Shown piece after piece: positions 32,005 to 42,519 of a stretch of DNA of 64,000 nucleotides. Source of the stretch: Acidobacteriota bacterium (GTDB lineage: Bacteria > Acidobacteriota > UBA890 > WLXD01); NCBI GenBank assembly GCA_965248695.1, contig CBDFKD010000002.1, forward strand, positions 416,001-480,000, written 5' to 3'. The notes beneath the pieces were generated by a model that did no database searches, was not told the origin of the DNA, and saw only the letters and a list, made by a program, of their open reading frames with translations. Positions within the stretch are counted from its first letter, which is position 1. Each line of letters begins with the position of its first letter. A program made the translations under genes and the position numbers.

Positions 32005-32110
32005 GACTCTGACTCCATGGTTGCGGACAGTCATCTGAGCGACGCAGTCGCGGCTCCCACGGGGGAGCGCCGGCCCCGACACCAAGAATGCACTGATTAT
32101 CGGCCCTTGG

Positions 32111-33838
32111 TCAGGCGCCCGCCAGGGACAGCCGAAACGCCGCCATTTCCTCGCGGTTGCGAACCAGCAACAGGTCACCGACCAGCACCGGATGGTTCCA
32201 GGTCTTGCCGTCGATGGCCGGGAAGCGCGCAATCTCGGTGAACTGGTCGGATGCCGCCGCGACCAGCGCCAGCTCACCCTGCTCCGTTACCACCAACAAG
32301 AGGTCCTGGGCGGGTAGCAGGAGGAGCTGACCGTGGCCATACCGTCCGCCCTTCCAGGTGCGTTCGCCGTTCTCCACGTCGATACACGCGAGGATGCTGC
32401 CGTCGAACCCGTACGCATGGCCGTCATGAACCACGAAGTCGTTGAAGTAGGGCTTCAACCGGGTCGAGCTCCAGCGCTCCTCGGTGGTCCATCCTTCGGC
32501 ACCGCGAGCCACCGCGATGCGCCTTATGCCGTGGGGTAGATCGTTCATGTCGCCGATCAGCAGATCGCCGTCCGCGGTGACAGCGGGCTGCACGATGCTG
32601 CCGCCCGAATACTCATGCTGCCATAGCACTGTGCCATCGCCCGGATCGAGGCTGATGACGCCGCCGCTGATCAAGACGACCTGCGCGACCCCGTCGAGCG
32701 TCAAGAGATGTGGTGAGCTGTAGCCCCCGCCGGCGTTCGGGCCAAACCAGCGCGGATCGCCGGTATCGAGGTCGTAAGCGACGAGCGTGCCGGCGACCGC
32801 GACGATGACCATGTCGCCGACCACCAACGGCGAGCTGGAGAAGCCCCAGTACGGGACGTTCCTGTCGGTGTCGGACGCCGCGTTACGCGACCAGACCACG
32901 GCACCGGTCGTCGCGTCGAGGGCGTTGACGATTCCGGTGCCACCGAAGGTGTAGACGCGACCGTTGCGCAAGGTCGGCGTCCCGCGCGGACCGGGACCGG
33001 CATGCGAATCCCAGAAACGCACCGCATTGCTGTGTCGCCAAACCGGTGCCCCGGTGCTCACGCTGTAGCTGGAGACGATCTCGTCGTCGCCGCGCTGCTC
33101 TTGGGTGTAGAGGAGGCCACCGCCTACCGCGAACGACGATACCCCGGGGCCGATCGGCCGGCGCCACAGCTCTACAGGCGGCACCACGGACCAATCGGTC
33201 CGTATCCGTACGCCGCGGACATGGCCGTCGCGCTCGGGGCCGCGGAACCCGGGCCAGTCGGCTTCCGCACCCGGGACTGCCGAGACGGCGGTCAGCGGCT
33301 CTTCGCTCGGCCGAGCAAGTAGCCGCTCCTCGGGCGTATTCACCCACCGCCACTGGAGCTCCAGATGGCTGTCGCCGGTTATGCCATCGATCCGAAGAAG
33401 CGTCCAGGCCCCACACGCGAGCAAGATGACTACCACCATCGTCGCGCGCCGAGATCCATCAGCGAGGTTACGGCTGGCCACTACCCCGACGACAAACGCC
33501 AGGCTCAGCACGGGGATCGCGAAGAAAAAGAACATCAGTCCCTGGCCTGCATTGGAAACCGACAGGTCGAGAAACCGATGCGTAGCCGCGACCCCTACCA
33601 CCATCAGGGCGACAGCACCCAAGCGCTCGGACCAAGCCGCGCGGCTGAAGAACACCCACCACACGACGACCGCCAACGCGCCGATCGCGCCGCCGCCAAC
33701 CCATACCAGCGGGTGGATCTCGGGAAGCACGCTCGGCACGACGAGCCAAGCCAGCCATTGCGCGACCACGGCGACCACGCCGGGCCACAGCCGAAGCGGC
33801 GTGCGAGGGGTCGATGTGTCATTCGATGTGACGGTCAT
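32111..33838 (-). CDS. Membrane-anchored PQQ-like beta-propeller protein
   Basis: N-terminal TMs; DWPGFRGP.RDG; SSPLV; KTWNHPVL. Confidence 0.88.
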   Translation of the reverse strand: MTVTSNDTSTPRTPLRLWPGVVAVVAQWLAWLVVPSVLPEIHPLVWVGGGAIGALAVVVWWVFFSRAAWSERLGAVALMVVGVAATHRFLDLSVSNAGQGLMFFFFAIPVLSLAFVVGVVASRNLADGSRRATMVVVILLACGAWTLLRIDGITGDSHLELQWRWVNTPEERLLARPSEEPLTAVSAVPGAEADWPGFRGPERDGHVRGVRIRTDWSVVPPVELWRRPIGPGVSSFAVGGGLLYTQEQRGDDEIVSSYSVSTGAPVWRHSNAVRFWDSHAGPGPRGTPTLRNGRVYTFGGTGIVNALDATTGAVVWSRNAASDTDRNVPYWGFSSSPLVVGDMVIVAVAGTLVAYDLDTGDPRWFGPNAGGGYSSPHLLTLDGVAQVVLISGGVISLDPGDGTVLWQHEYSGGSIVQPAVTADGDLLIGDMNDLPHGIRRIAVARGAEGWTTEERWSSTRLKPYFNDFVVHDGHAYGFDGSILACIDVENGERTWKGGRYGHGQLLLLPAQDLLLVVTEQGELALVAAASDQFTEIARFPAIDGKTWNHPVLVGDLLLVRNREEMAAFRLSLAGA

Positions 33839-33881
33839 GTTTCTCTCCCCCTTTCGGGAACCGGCGACGATCCGTTAGTGT

Positions 33882-33927
33882 ATTATCGATCATCGATAAT
33901 CAAACATCGATCATCGACGCTCGATAG
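33882..33927. promoter_or_regulatory. Probable PadR operator array
   Basis: Perfect palindrome ATTATCGAT-C-ATCGATAAT (33882-33900) plus further ATCGA-N3-TCGA units between divergent genes. Confidence 0.7.
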
Positions 33928-33990
33928 TGTTCCCAACGAAAACGGAAGCCAGATAGTTTCATCGAAAAGAACGCCAGAACCGGAATGGCC

Positions 33991-34347
33991 ATGAACCAGC
34001 GCAACGATCGACCGACTCGCCCACTCACGCCAGCGACGTTCCATATCCTCCTGAGCCTCAAGCACGGGCCCGCCCACGGCTATCACATCAAGCGGATGGT
34101 GGAGGAGCGCACCAACGACGCTGTCCGCCTCGGGGCCGGAACGCTGTACGCCGGCATCCAGCGGATGACCAACGACGGGCTCATCGCCGAGACCGAACCT
34201 CCGAAGGAAGCAGAGAACCTCGAGCCGAGCTCGCGCTGGCGTTTCTACGCCATAACTTCGCGCGGGAACGAAGCCCTCCAGGGCGAGATCGCCCGTCTCG
34301 AGTCCGACCTCGAAGCGGCCCGCGCCGTCGTGCGCGGGAGGGCGTAG
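33991..34347 (+). CDS. PadR family regulator
   Basis: FHILLSL..GPAHGY.I...LGAGTLY..I.RM...RFYAIT..G. Confidence 0.92.
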   Translation: MNQRNDRPTRPLTPATFHILLSLKHGPAHGYHIKRMVEERTNDAVRLGAGTLYAGIQRMTNDGLIAETEPPKEAENLEPSSRWRFYAITSRGNEALQGEIARLESDLEAARAVVRGRA

Positions 34348-34352
34348 CAACA

Positions 34353-37109
34353 ATGCCGTATCGGCTGCTTCTACGTGCATATCCGCGCTGGTTCCGGGAC
34401 GAGTTCGGCGTCCAGTTGACAAAGTACCTGGCCCACCAGCGCAACGAGTCGAAGTATGGGGAGCGCTTGGTGGGCGCCATCCGCTTCTGGTGGGACGCCG
34501 CGACCGACGCTGTGACCACCGGCCTGACGCTGCGCCTGGGCCGGGCGCGGGACCGTTGGTCGATCCTGTGGCGAGGCCGTGGAACAAGTGGTATTGGCGG
34601 GCTCGGCAATAATGCGCCTGGCCCAGAACGTGGAGACGGGATGATGCTGGATGCGATCACGCGGGACGTGCGCCACGCAATGCGGAGCCTGAAGCGGAAC
34701 CCCGGATATGCGCTTGTCTTCATCGTGACATTGGGTCTCGGGATCGGGGCGAACACGGCGATGTTCAGCGCCGTCAACGGCGTGCTCCTGCGCCCGCTCC
34801 CGCACCAGGACGGCAATCGCCTCGTCTACCTGCGGCATGCGGCGCCACTCGCGGGCATCCAGAACGCTTTGTTCTCCGTCCCAGAGATCGACGACTACCG
34901 GCGTGGATCACCGTCTCTCGAGGCGGTCGCAGAGTTCTCCGCGATGACCTTCACGATGCTCGGACTCGAGACCCCCCGCCGCGTCCGAGCCGGCATCGTA
35001 ACCGGGAACTACTTCGACGTCATGGGACTGTCGGCCACCCTCGGCCGCACCGTCGGGCGTGAGGACGACGGTGAAGCTGCCCCCGCGGTCATCGTCCTGT
35101 CCGATGCGTATTGGCGGAACGTCTTCGGCGCCGATCCCGAGATCGTCGGCAAATCGGTGGAGATGAACGGGCGGACGGCCACGTTCGTCGGCGTCGCCGA
35201 GCCGGCTCCCCCGTATCCCGAGCGTACCGACATCTACGTGAACATGGCGACGAGTCCGCACCACCTCGGCGCATCGATGGTCCATGATCGCATCCACCGG
35301 ATGACGGAGGTGTTCGCCAGACTCGCGCCCGAAGCTACGGTCGAGTCGGCCGGCAGCGAGGCGACGGCGATCACGTCCCGCATTCATACGGAGTATCCGG
35401 AGGCGTACGACGCCGGGACGGGGTTCGAGGTCACCGTCACGCCGCTCAAGAAGCAGCTGACGTCGCGCGCGCGGCCAACTCTCCTCCTTCTTCTTGCCAC
35501 GGCGTCATTCGTCCTGGTCATCGCCTGCGCCAACCTCGCGAACCTGACGCTGACGCGCGTGCTGCGGCGAGGTCACGAGCTGGCGATCCGTGTATCGCTC
35601 GGTGGGAGCCGAGCAGCGCTCCGCCGTGGCCTCCTGGTCGAGAGCCTCGTACTAGCGGCGGCGGGGGCGGCGCTCGGGCTGATCATGGCCTCCGTGAGCC
35701 TCGACCTGCTCGTCCGCTTCGCCGCGCGTTTCACCTCGCGGGCAGCAGAGATCTCGCTCGATGCCTCGGTATTCGGCTTCGCGCTCGCCGCCGCGGTTGC
35801 TGCGTCCATTTTTTTCACCATGCTGCCACCGTTACCGCACGGCGAGGGCGAAGGCGGGATTCTGACTCGAAGTGGTTCCCGTTCGACGATCGGCTCCGGA
35901 GCGCGTCGCGTCCAGCGGACGCTCGTCGTGGCACAGATCGGGATGTCGTTCGTACTACTGATCGGCGCCGGGCTACTGCTGCGAACGATGATGCACCTGA
36001 ATCAGGTGGACCCGGGGTTCGACCAGGCGCGGATCCTGACGATGAATATTCCAGCGTCCATGGAAGGGCAAACGGCGGCCCATCTTCGAACCAAGTATCT
36101 GGGCATCCTCGATGACGTGCGCGCGCTGCCGGGCGTGGACAGAGCGGCGTTGACGAGCTCGGTTCCGCTCGGCGCCACGTCGAGCTTCACGACTCAGTTG
36201 GAAATGAGCGTCGAGGGGCACGAGCCCGTCCCCGGTGCCCCGAGCCCGAGGGCGGATTTTCGCGTCGTTTCGCCCGGCTACTTCGCGACCATGGGTATCG
36301 AGCTGTCACGCGGCCGCGAGTTCATGACGACCGACCTGGAGGACTCGGCGGGAGTCGTCATCGTCAACGAGTCGTTGGCGCGGACCTATTTCGGCGACCG
36401 AGATCCTATCGGTCAACGCATCGCTTGGACCGACCCGGTCTTCAAGTTCATGGGCCTGGGACCGGAGTGGCGGACCGTCGTTGGTGTCGCCACGAACACC
36501 CGAGACGGGGGCCTCGACGCGGAGGTCGTCCATACGATCTACAACGCGTATCGGCAAATCACGCCGATGTTCACCGATGCGCTCGTTGTTCGGACGAGCA
36601 CCGACCCCGCCACCGTCGTGCCCGCCATTCGTGAGTCGATCCTCGCACACGACTCCAATCAGCCAATTACCAACGTCGCGACGATCGCCGATCTCGGCAA
36701 CGAGTCGGTCGCGCCGCGGCGACTCAACGCCATTCTGCTCGGCGCCTTCGCCCTGCTTGCCCTGGTAATCGCCGCCGTAGGAATCGCCGGGGTGCTCGCG
36801 TTCTCGGTCGGCCGCCGAACGCGCGAGTTCGGTGTCCGGAGCGCGCTCGGGGCGGCCCGGTACCAGATCTGGTGGGGTGTGCTCGTCGAGGGAGCGAAGC
36901 TGGCTACGGTCGGCGTCGTCCTGGGAGGCATCACCGCCGTGATCCTGGCGCGGTTCATTTCCGGCCTGCTGGTGGGAGTGCCCGCGCTGGATCCGCTGAC
37001 GTTCGTCGCCGTGGGTATTCTGCTGAGCGGTGTTGCAATGATCGCGGCGTGGTTGCCCGCCTGGCGTGCCGCCGAGGTGAGCCCTATGGAGGCGATGCGG
37101 GCGGAGTAG
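34353..37109 (+). CDS. ADOP-type duplicated ABC permease (MacB/FtsX domains)
   Basis: LGLGIGANTAMFS.VNGVLLRPLP; LVIACANLANL; R.REFGVR.ALGA; PAWRAA.VSPMEAMRAE. Confidence 0.93.
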   Translation: MPYRLLLRAYPRWFRDEFGVQLTKYLAHQRNESKYGERLVGAIRFWWDAATDAVTTGLTLRLGRARDRWSILWRGRGTSGIGGLGNNAPGPERGDGMMLDAITRDVRHAMRSLKRNPGYALVFIVTLGLGIGANTAMFSAVNGVLLRPLPHQDGNRLVYLRHAAPLAGIQNALFSVPEIDDYRRGSPSLEAVAEFSAMTFTMLGLETPRRVRAGIVTGNYFDVMGLSATLGRTVGREDDGEAAPAVIVLSDAYWRNVFGADPEIVGKSVEMNGRTATFVGVAEPAPPYPERTDIYVNMATSPHHLGASMVHDRIHRMTEVFARLAPEATVESAGSEATAITSRIHTEYPEAYDAGTGFEVTVTPLKKQLTSRARPTLLLLLATASFVLVIACANLANLTLTRVLRRGHELAIRVSLGGSRAALRRGLLVESLVLAAAGAALGLIMASVSLDLLVRFAARFTSRAAEISLDASVFGFALAAAVAASIFFTMLPPLPHGEGEGGILTRSGSRSTIGSGARRVQRTLVVAQIGMSFVLLIGAGLLLRTMMHLNQVDPGFDQARILTMNIPASMEGQTAAHLRTKYLGILDDVRALPGVDRAALTSSVPLGATSSFTTQLEMSVEGHEPVPGAPSPRADFRVVSPGYFATMGIELSRGREFMTTDLEDSAGVVIVNESLARTYFGDRDPIGQRIAWTDPVFKFMGLGPEWRTVVGVATNTRDGGLDAEVVHTIYNAYRQITPMFTDALVVRTSTDPATVVPAIRESILAHDSNQPITNVATIADLGNESVAPRRLNAILLGAFALLALVIAAVGIAGVLAFSVGRRTREFGVRSALGAARYQIWWGVLVEGAKLATVGVVLGGITAVILARFISGLLVGVPALDPLTFVAVGILLSGVAMIAAWLPAWRAAEVSPMEAMRAE

Positions 37110-37189
37110 CTCGAGCCCGCCTGGGTCAACTCTTGGCGGGACGGGTCGTAGGTCCACACGAACATCCCCACGTATGTAGGAACCGTGAC

Positions 37190-38170
37190 ATGGAGGCAAT
37201 CGTCTACGACACGTACGGGTCGCCGGAGGTGCTGCAACTCCGCGAGATCGACAAACCGGCCGTCACCGAAGATGACGTTCTGGTGCGAATCCGCGCTGCT
37301 TCTGCCAATCCCTACGACTGGCACTTCATGCGCGGCGAGCCATACGTCATGCGCATGATGACGGGCCTACTCACGCCGAAGTCCCGAGGTCTGGGCGCCG
37401 ATCTCGCAGGACAGATCGAGGCAGTCGGCAAGAACGTGACGCAGCTTCGGGTAGGCGATGAGGTGTTCGGGCTCATCGGCGGGTGCGCCCAGGGCAGCTT
37501 CGGCGAGTACGCCTGCGTGCCCCAGGACTGGCTGGTGCCGAAGCCCGCCAATTTGACGTTCGAGCAAGCGGCAGCCGTGCCTCTCGCCGGGCTCACGGCG
37601 TTGCAGGGCCTCCGTGACACGGGCGGTGTCGGACCGGACCAGAGGGTCCTCATCAACGGTGCGGCGGGAGGTGTGGGCACGTTCGCGGTTCAGATCGCGA
37701 AGTCGTTCGGCGCCGTTGTGACCGGCGTCTGCAGCACCAGGAACGTCGAGTTGGTCCGCTCACTCGGCGCCGACGAGGTGATCGACTATACCCGCGACGA
37801 TTTCGTCGGTGAAAGCCAGCTGTACGACCACATATTCGATGCGATCGGGAGCCGATCTCTCTCCGATTGTCGGCGAATGTTGACTGCCGACGGTACCTAC
37901 GTCCTCGTCGGATCCTTCGACGACGGGCGCTGGCTCGGACCATTGAAGCGCGGGCTCACCGTGCTCGCGACATCACGGTTCGTGCGTCAGAACCTGGTCA
38001 TGCTGATGGCGAAGAGGAACCGCGCCGACCTCCTCACTCTGAAGGAGCTTGTCGAGGCAGGGACGATTACGCCGATCATCGATAGGCGTTACGAACTGCG
38101 CGAGGTTCCCGAGGCAATTCGGTATCTCGAAGAAGGCCACGCTCGCGGAAAGGTCGTCGTCACCGTCTGA
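37190..38170 (+). CDS. NAD(P)-dependent MDR oxidoreductase (quinone oxidoreductase-like)
   Basis: YGSPEVL, ANPYDW, LINGAAGGVGTFAVQIAK, GHARGKVVV. Confidence 0.92.
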   Translation: MEAIVYDTYGSPEVLQLREIDKPAVTEDDVLVRIRAASANPYDWHFMRGEPYVMRMMTGLLTPKSRGLGADLAGQIEAVGKNVTQLRVGDEVFGLIGGCAQGSFGEYACVPQDWLVPKPANLTFEQAAAVPLAGLTALQGLRDTGGVGPDQRVLINGAAGGVGTFAVQIAKSFGAVVTGVCSTRNVELVRSLGADEVIDYTRDDFVGESQLYDHIFDAIGSRSLSDCRRMLTADGTYVLVGSFDDGRWLGPLKRGLTVLATSRFVRQNLVMLMAKRNRADLLTLKELVEAGTITPIIDRRYELREVPEAIRYLEEGHARGKVVVTV

Positions 38171-38235
38171 GCAGCGGACGGGCTGGACGCACCTCACGAC
38201 TCGCGGCAACCGCCACAAACGCAGAAGGGCGACTC

Positions 38236-38865
38236 ATGCAAGCGATGACGAAGTCAGATTGGTTCTGGGACTGGAGAGCCAGGAAGTACGACGAACAGGC
38301 GCAGGAGGATGCCGCCCATGGCCGGGCCGTTGAGCGCTTCGCGAAGTACCTGGAGGCGAAGGACATTGTCTTGGACTATGCCTGCGGAACAGGGGTCGTC
38401 GCCTACAAGATCGCCGCCGATGTCAAGAAAGTCGACGCGATTGACGCCTCCGCCGGGATGATCGACCTGGCAAACGAAAGAGCGCGCGAGCTCGGCGTCA
38501 CCAACGTGCACTGCGCACGGAAGACGATCTTCGACGAGCAGCTCGGGCGCGGCTCGTACGACGCCATCCTGGCGTTCAACATCCTGCATCTTCTGGAGGA
38601 TGCACGAAAGGCCCTGGAACGAGCATCGGAGCTACTGAAACCAAAAGGCCTGATGGTGTGCGAAACCCCCTGTCTGGGCGAAGCTGGAGTCCTGATGAAG
38701 ACCCTCGTGCCGATCATCAGCAAGGTCGGACTCCTGTCATATCTGACGCCGTTCAAGATATCCGCCGTAAGCGAGCTGATGACTGCCACCGGCTTTCAGA
38801 TCCTCGAGTCTGAGGTTCTCCAGGGATCGATTCCCAGCTCGTTCGTCGTCGCCCGGAAGCGCTAG
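38236..38865 (+). CDS. Class I SAM-dependent methyltransferase
   Basis: FWD..ARKYD; LDYACGTG; FNILHL; LKPKG. Confidence 0.9.
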   Translation: MQAMTKSDWFWDWRARKYDEQAQEDAAHGRAVERFAKYLEAKDIVLDYACGTGVVAYKIAADVKKVDAIDASAGMIDLANERARELGVTNVHCARKTIFDEQLGRGSYDAILAFNILHLLEDARKALERASELLKPKGLMVCETPCLGEAGVLMKTLVPIISKVGLLSYLTPFKISAVSELMTATGFQILESEVLQGSIPSSFVVARKR

Positions 38866-38918
38866 GCTCTGTCTGACGCTCGGCGCTGCTGTAGGCCGGG
38901 GACTCAAACGGAGGATCG

Positions 38919-39112
38919 ATGATGGTCTTGTTGGTGCGCAACCGTGTGGAGGATTTCGATCACTGGCGCCGAGTCTTCGACGCACAGACGGAAGCGTCGC
39001 GATCGTCCGGCCTGAGTCTGGCTCAGATGTGGCGAACCGTTGACGACCCGAACGAGGTCTTCTTTCTCCTCGAGGTCGAAGACCGCGGCCGAGCGGAGTC
39101 ATACATGCATGC
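38919..39112 (+). pseudogene. Small alpha/beta-barrel (cyclase-like) protein, 3' end lost
   Basis: GGAGG RBS; VEDFDHWRRVFD...DDPNEV; frame runs on antisense into the next gene. Confidence 0.6.
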
Positions 39113-40027
39113 GTCGTCGCTTTCGGACGGCTCGCATACCGTGATCTCCATTGCTGCGCCAGGCGTTGCGCCGACACGGGCAACCAGCACGAAGAGGCCG
39201 TCGGCGGCGGCGGAATCGGCGGCGGCCTCGACAGCGTCACCTGCAAGGGAAAGATGGCGCTCGACCTCGGTGAAACCGGCACGCTGCAGCGCGTCGACGT
39301 ACTCGCCGTCGGCATACGCCTGAGTGGTGTTCACGTAGCTGGCTACTTCGCCCGACCCGAGGGCGACGACGAAGTAGCGCTCGGTCGCGGCGCGGGAATC
39401 GGGATGCCAGTCGCCTTCGCGCAGGCACAGGTGTGGCTCATCGCAGAAAATGCCCTGCGACGCGCTGAACCACGTCGGCTCCTGTTGCGCCAACGACCGC
39501 ACGAGCTGCTCCGTCTGAGCTTCCACCACCAGCGCGCCGCCCGGTGAGAGCGCATGACGCGCCTTGGCCAGAATCGTCTCGGCATTGGCGGGAGGGAAGC
39601 AATTGAGCTCGCCGAACGTGAATAGCACGAGGTCGAAGCCGGAACCCAGATCGGCATCCCCCAGATCTTCGAGGCGATACTCGCAGGAAAGCGCCTCCCG
39701 CTCGGCCTCGGATCGCGCATGTTCGATGGACGCTGGCGACACGTCGATTCCGACGCACGAGTGGCCCAGTCGCGCGAAGCGTGTGGTGTAGAAGCCGGGG
39801 CCGCAGCCGAGATCCAGAATCCGCGCCGTGGTCGCCCGGAGCACGTGCTGATGGACCCAGGCGACCTGCTTGTCGATGGTCTCGAACCGCCGGCTCGCCC
39901 GGTCGTGCTCCTGCGACAAATGCGCCTGTAGCATGCGCTTGCTGAAGGCAGGCTCGTGCCAGGGAATCTTGCCGCCGGCGGCCCAGGGAACGACCTCCTC
40001 CCGGGACCCAAAGTCCGAAAGCTTCAC
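39023..40027 (-). CDS. Class I SAM-dependent methyltransferase, native stop probably lost
   Basis: IPWHEPAFSKRML..HL; LDLGCGPG; ends LFVLVAR plus read-through tail. Confidence 0.85.
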   Translation of the reverse strand: MKLSDFGSREEVVPWAAGGKIPWHEPAFSKRMLQAHLSQEHDRASRRFETIDKQVAWVHQHVLRATTARILDLGCGPGFYTTRFARLGHSCVGIDVSPASIEHARSEAEREALSCEYRLEDLGDADLGSGFDLVLFTFGELNCFPPANAETILAKARHALSPGGALVVEAQTEQLVRSLAQQEPTWFSASQGIFCDEPHLCLREGDWHPDSRAATERYFVVALGSGEVASYVNTTQAYADGEYVDALQRAGFTEVERHLSLAGDAVEAAADSAAADGLFVLVARVGATPGAAMEITVCEPSESDDACMYDSARPRSSTSRRKKTSFGSSTVRHI

Positions 40028-40172
40028 GTTCGCATCCGGTGGTCCGCGACACGCAACACCCACCGTTCCAACGGCAGCGGCTCGCGCTCGGCCACGGTTG
40101 CGGTGAACGCCTCGGGCTCACCAGCGTAGGCCTGGAGCATGAGCGCCGGGTACTCGGCAGCGTGGGATGGCT

Positions 40173-40694
40173 TCAGCCGGATGACCTGCATGGCACGAGC
40201 ATAGCGTTGACTCGATAAACCAGCCGACCCTCCTTGTCGGAGTCTGGTTCCAGAATGCCACCGATCTTCTCCACGGCCCGTTGGGACCGGATGTTCTCCG
40301 GACTGATGAAGAACACGACGGAATCCACGACACGGAACGCATGCCGCAGCATGAGCTGTTTCAGTTCCGCGTTGTACTTACCGCCCCAGTGGGACCGGGC
40401 CAAGAACGTCCAGCCGATCTCGATCTCGCTTGCCTCCTCGCGATAGCCGAAGAAGCGGGAGGAACCGATCACGCGCCGGGTGTCAGCATCGGTGACCAGC
40501 AAGGCACCGCGAGACGCGAGCGACTCGGAGAAGAAATTCCGAAAACCCGCGTCCTCGTGGCGATTCTTGTCGGCGTGTTGCTCCCAGATCAGCGGATCGG
40601 CAGCAACGGCGTAGAGCTCACGGTAGTCGTCGGGGCGAAGCGGTCTGAGGGTAACCAGTGCACCGATCAGAGTCGGTTGACTGTCGAAGGACAC
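40173..40694 (-). CDS. GNAT family N-acetyltransferase
   Basis: IGSSRF...EIGWTFLAR..WGGKYN.ELK.LML.HAF...NIRSQRAVEKIG. Confidence 0.9.
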   Translation of the reverse strand: MSFDSQPTLIGALVTLRPLRPDDYRELYAVAADPLIWEQHADKNRHEDAGFRNFFSESLASRGALLVTDADTRRVIGSSRFFGYREEASEIEIGWTFLARSHWGGKYNAELKQLMLRHAFRVVDSVVFFISPENIRSQRAVEKIGGILEPDSDKEGRLVYRVNAMLVPCRSSG

Positions 40695-40783
40695 CTACAC
40701 CGCTCCTACCAGCCCGGCCCCGGTGCGGTAACTTGAGCGCGGCAACGAGGATAAACATCCAATCCAAACCGACGGTATTGGAA

Positions 40784-41119
40784 ATGGCCTCTGATCTGAG
40801 CTTCGTCCAGTACGTGGTGGACCAACTCGCTGAGGATTGCGAGGCTACCTACAAGCATATGTTCGGTGAGTTCGGTCTCCATAGCGGCAGCAAATTCATC
40901 GGACTGATCTGCGACAACCGGCTGTTCATCAAGCCCACCGTAGGTGGCCGCGCGTTCATCGGTGACGTGGTCGAAGCTCCCCCCTACCCCGGTGCCAAAC
41001 CGAGTCTCTTGATCGAGCACCAGATCGAGGACGCAGCGTGGCTGAGTGAGCTGGTGAGAATCACCGCCACTGAGCTACCGACGCCGAAACCGAAAAAGCG
41101 GAAGAAGAAGAAGGGCTGA
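40784..41119 (+). CDS. TfoX N-terminal domain protein
   Basis: MASD..FV.YV.DQ...KHMFGEFG...LICDNRLFIKPT..GR...PPYPGAK. Confidence 0.9.
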   Translation: MASDLSFVQYVVDQLAEDCEATYKHMFGEFGLHSGSKFIGLICDNRLFIKPTVGGRAFIGDVVEAPPYPGAKPSLLIEHQIEDAAWLSELVRITATELPTPKPKKRKKKKG

Positions 41120-41128
41120 TCCGACGAG

Positions 41129-41536
41129 CTACAAGACGTAGAAAGCGACCCAACCGAGGTAGAGCCCGAAGGCAATGTTGAGCGCGCCGAGGGCCCGCAG
41201 CACTGGATTCGCGGCCGTCTCGAAGAACATCAGCGCAAAACGCTGGTAGAAGTCCGGGACAGCGATGAGCACGCCGCCCGCGAAGGCTCCGATCCAGCCC
41301 AGGCCCTCGAGCAAGATGGTTGTGTTGGCATGGTCCGGGTGGGCCTGGCGCGCCGTGACGATCAGCGGGCTGGCGACCAGAACCAGCAAAACTGCTCCAA
41401 GTATCCGGACACGCCCCAGGGTCGAGGTCATACGCCGATAACGATCGACCGTGGCGGCGGGTGCGAATAGCAACCCGCCTCGGCCCGCGATAACCAAGAC
41501 GGCCACGAATGCGGTGACGATGGCAATCGGTTCCAT
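41129..41536 (-). CDS. Hypothetical membrane protein
   Basis: GGAGG RBS; 4 TM segments. Confidence 0.7.
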   Translation of the reverse strand: MEPIAIVTAFVAVLVIAGRGGLLFAPAATVDRYRRMTSTLGRVRILGAVLLVLVASPLIVTARQAHPDHANTTILLEGLGWIGAFAGGVLIAVPDFYQRFALMFFETAANPVLRALGALNIAFGLYLGWVAFYVL

Positions 41537-41727
41537 GCGAGCCTCCCGAAGGCCCGGACCGTAAGCGGATCAGCGAACAGTCTCGACGAGCGGGTCGAGC
41601 CCTTCCAACATCGTAACCGCCTACGAGACATGAACACAGCTATCGGAAGAACCAATGCTATGCGTAGCCAGGACACGATGGGTACGGCAACGAACGCGGT
41701 GGCACGCTGCGTGCCGGGGGTCCCTCG

Positions 41728-42468
41728 CTAGGGCGAGTCCACTCGATTGCCGTCTTCCGTGAACGTTCCCCGGGTAAGGAAATACACGATCTCTTCCGCG
41801 ACGTCTCCGCGGTTCATGATGAAAGTGTGCGTGGCGGAGACGACAATGAAGTCCGCAGCTCCGTCGAGCCGTGCGCTGTCGACGCCGACCTTCCCGTCGT
41901 CCGGTCCGGGAATCAGCCAGGATCCGATCGGGTTGATGCTTCGATCCCCGGTGATGATGCCGAGGCTGAAATCGATCGGTCCGAGCTCCTGAGCGATGCC
42001 ACTCGGGTCGGTGCCGAGTCGAGCCGCAACTGGGCCCAGGAGCGATCGAAGGAGCGGTGAGTCGTTGAAAGCGTCGATGAACTCGCTGCCCTTGTTCGGC
42101 GGGCTCAGCATCACGACGCGGCCCGTGAACCCCGGTGCGCGGTCGGCGAGATAGCTTCGAACAAGCACACCGCCCAGCGAGTGGGTGACGAAGTGCGTGG
42201 TATCGGACGGGCCCCCGCAGCAACGGGCGACCGCATCGTCGAGGCTATCGACCAGATCCTCGATCTCTGCCGAGATCGACGGGTAGCCGAAGTTCACGAC
42301 CCGGAACCCTGCCACCCTGAGGCGCACACTCAACACCGACATCGAGGCGGGCGTGCGACCCAGACCGTGAACCAGGATCACAGTCGCCGCATCAGGAGAC
42401 AGCGTTGGCGCGCACGCGGACAGGAGTCCGCCTGCGACCAGCGTCGAGAGGATCACCAACCTAGCCAT
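41728..42468 (-). CDS. Alpha/beta hydrolase (lipase-like) lipoprotein
   Basis: LSAC lipobox; LVHGLGR; THSLGG; DDGKV; HTFIM. Confidence 0.9.
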   Translation of the reverse strand: MARLVILSTLVAGGLLSACAPTLSPDAATVILVHGLGRTPASMSVLSVRLRVAGFRVVNFGYPSISAEIEDLVDSLDDAVARCCGGPSDTTHFVTHSLGGVLVRSYLADRAPGFTGRVVMLSPPNKGSEFIDAFNDSPLLRSLLGPVAARLGTDPSGIAQELGPIDFSLGIITGDRSINPIGSWLIPGPDDGKVGVDSARLDGAADFIVVSATHTFIMNRGDVAEEIVYFLTRGTFTEDGNRVDSP

Positions 42469-42519
42469 CAGTCTCCTGAGCTCTGGCGCGACCACGATGC
42501 TCTTGCCGATAGCACCGCT

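Noticed and set aside
36872-37189. 106-aa N-terminal extension on the MDR oxidoreductase
   Set aside because: Overlaps the ADOP gene end; family similarity starts at ATG 37190.
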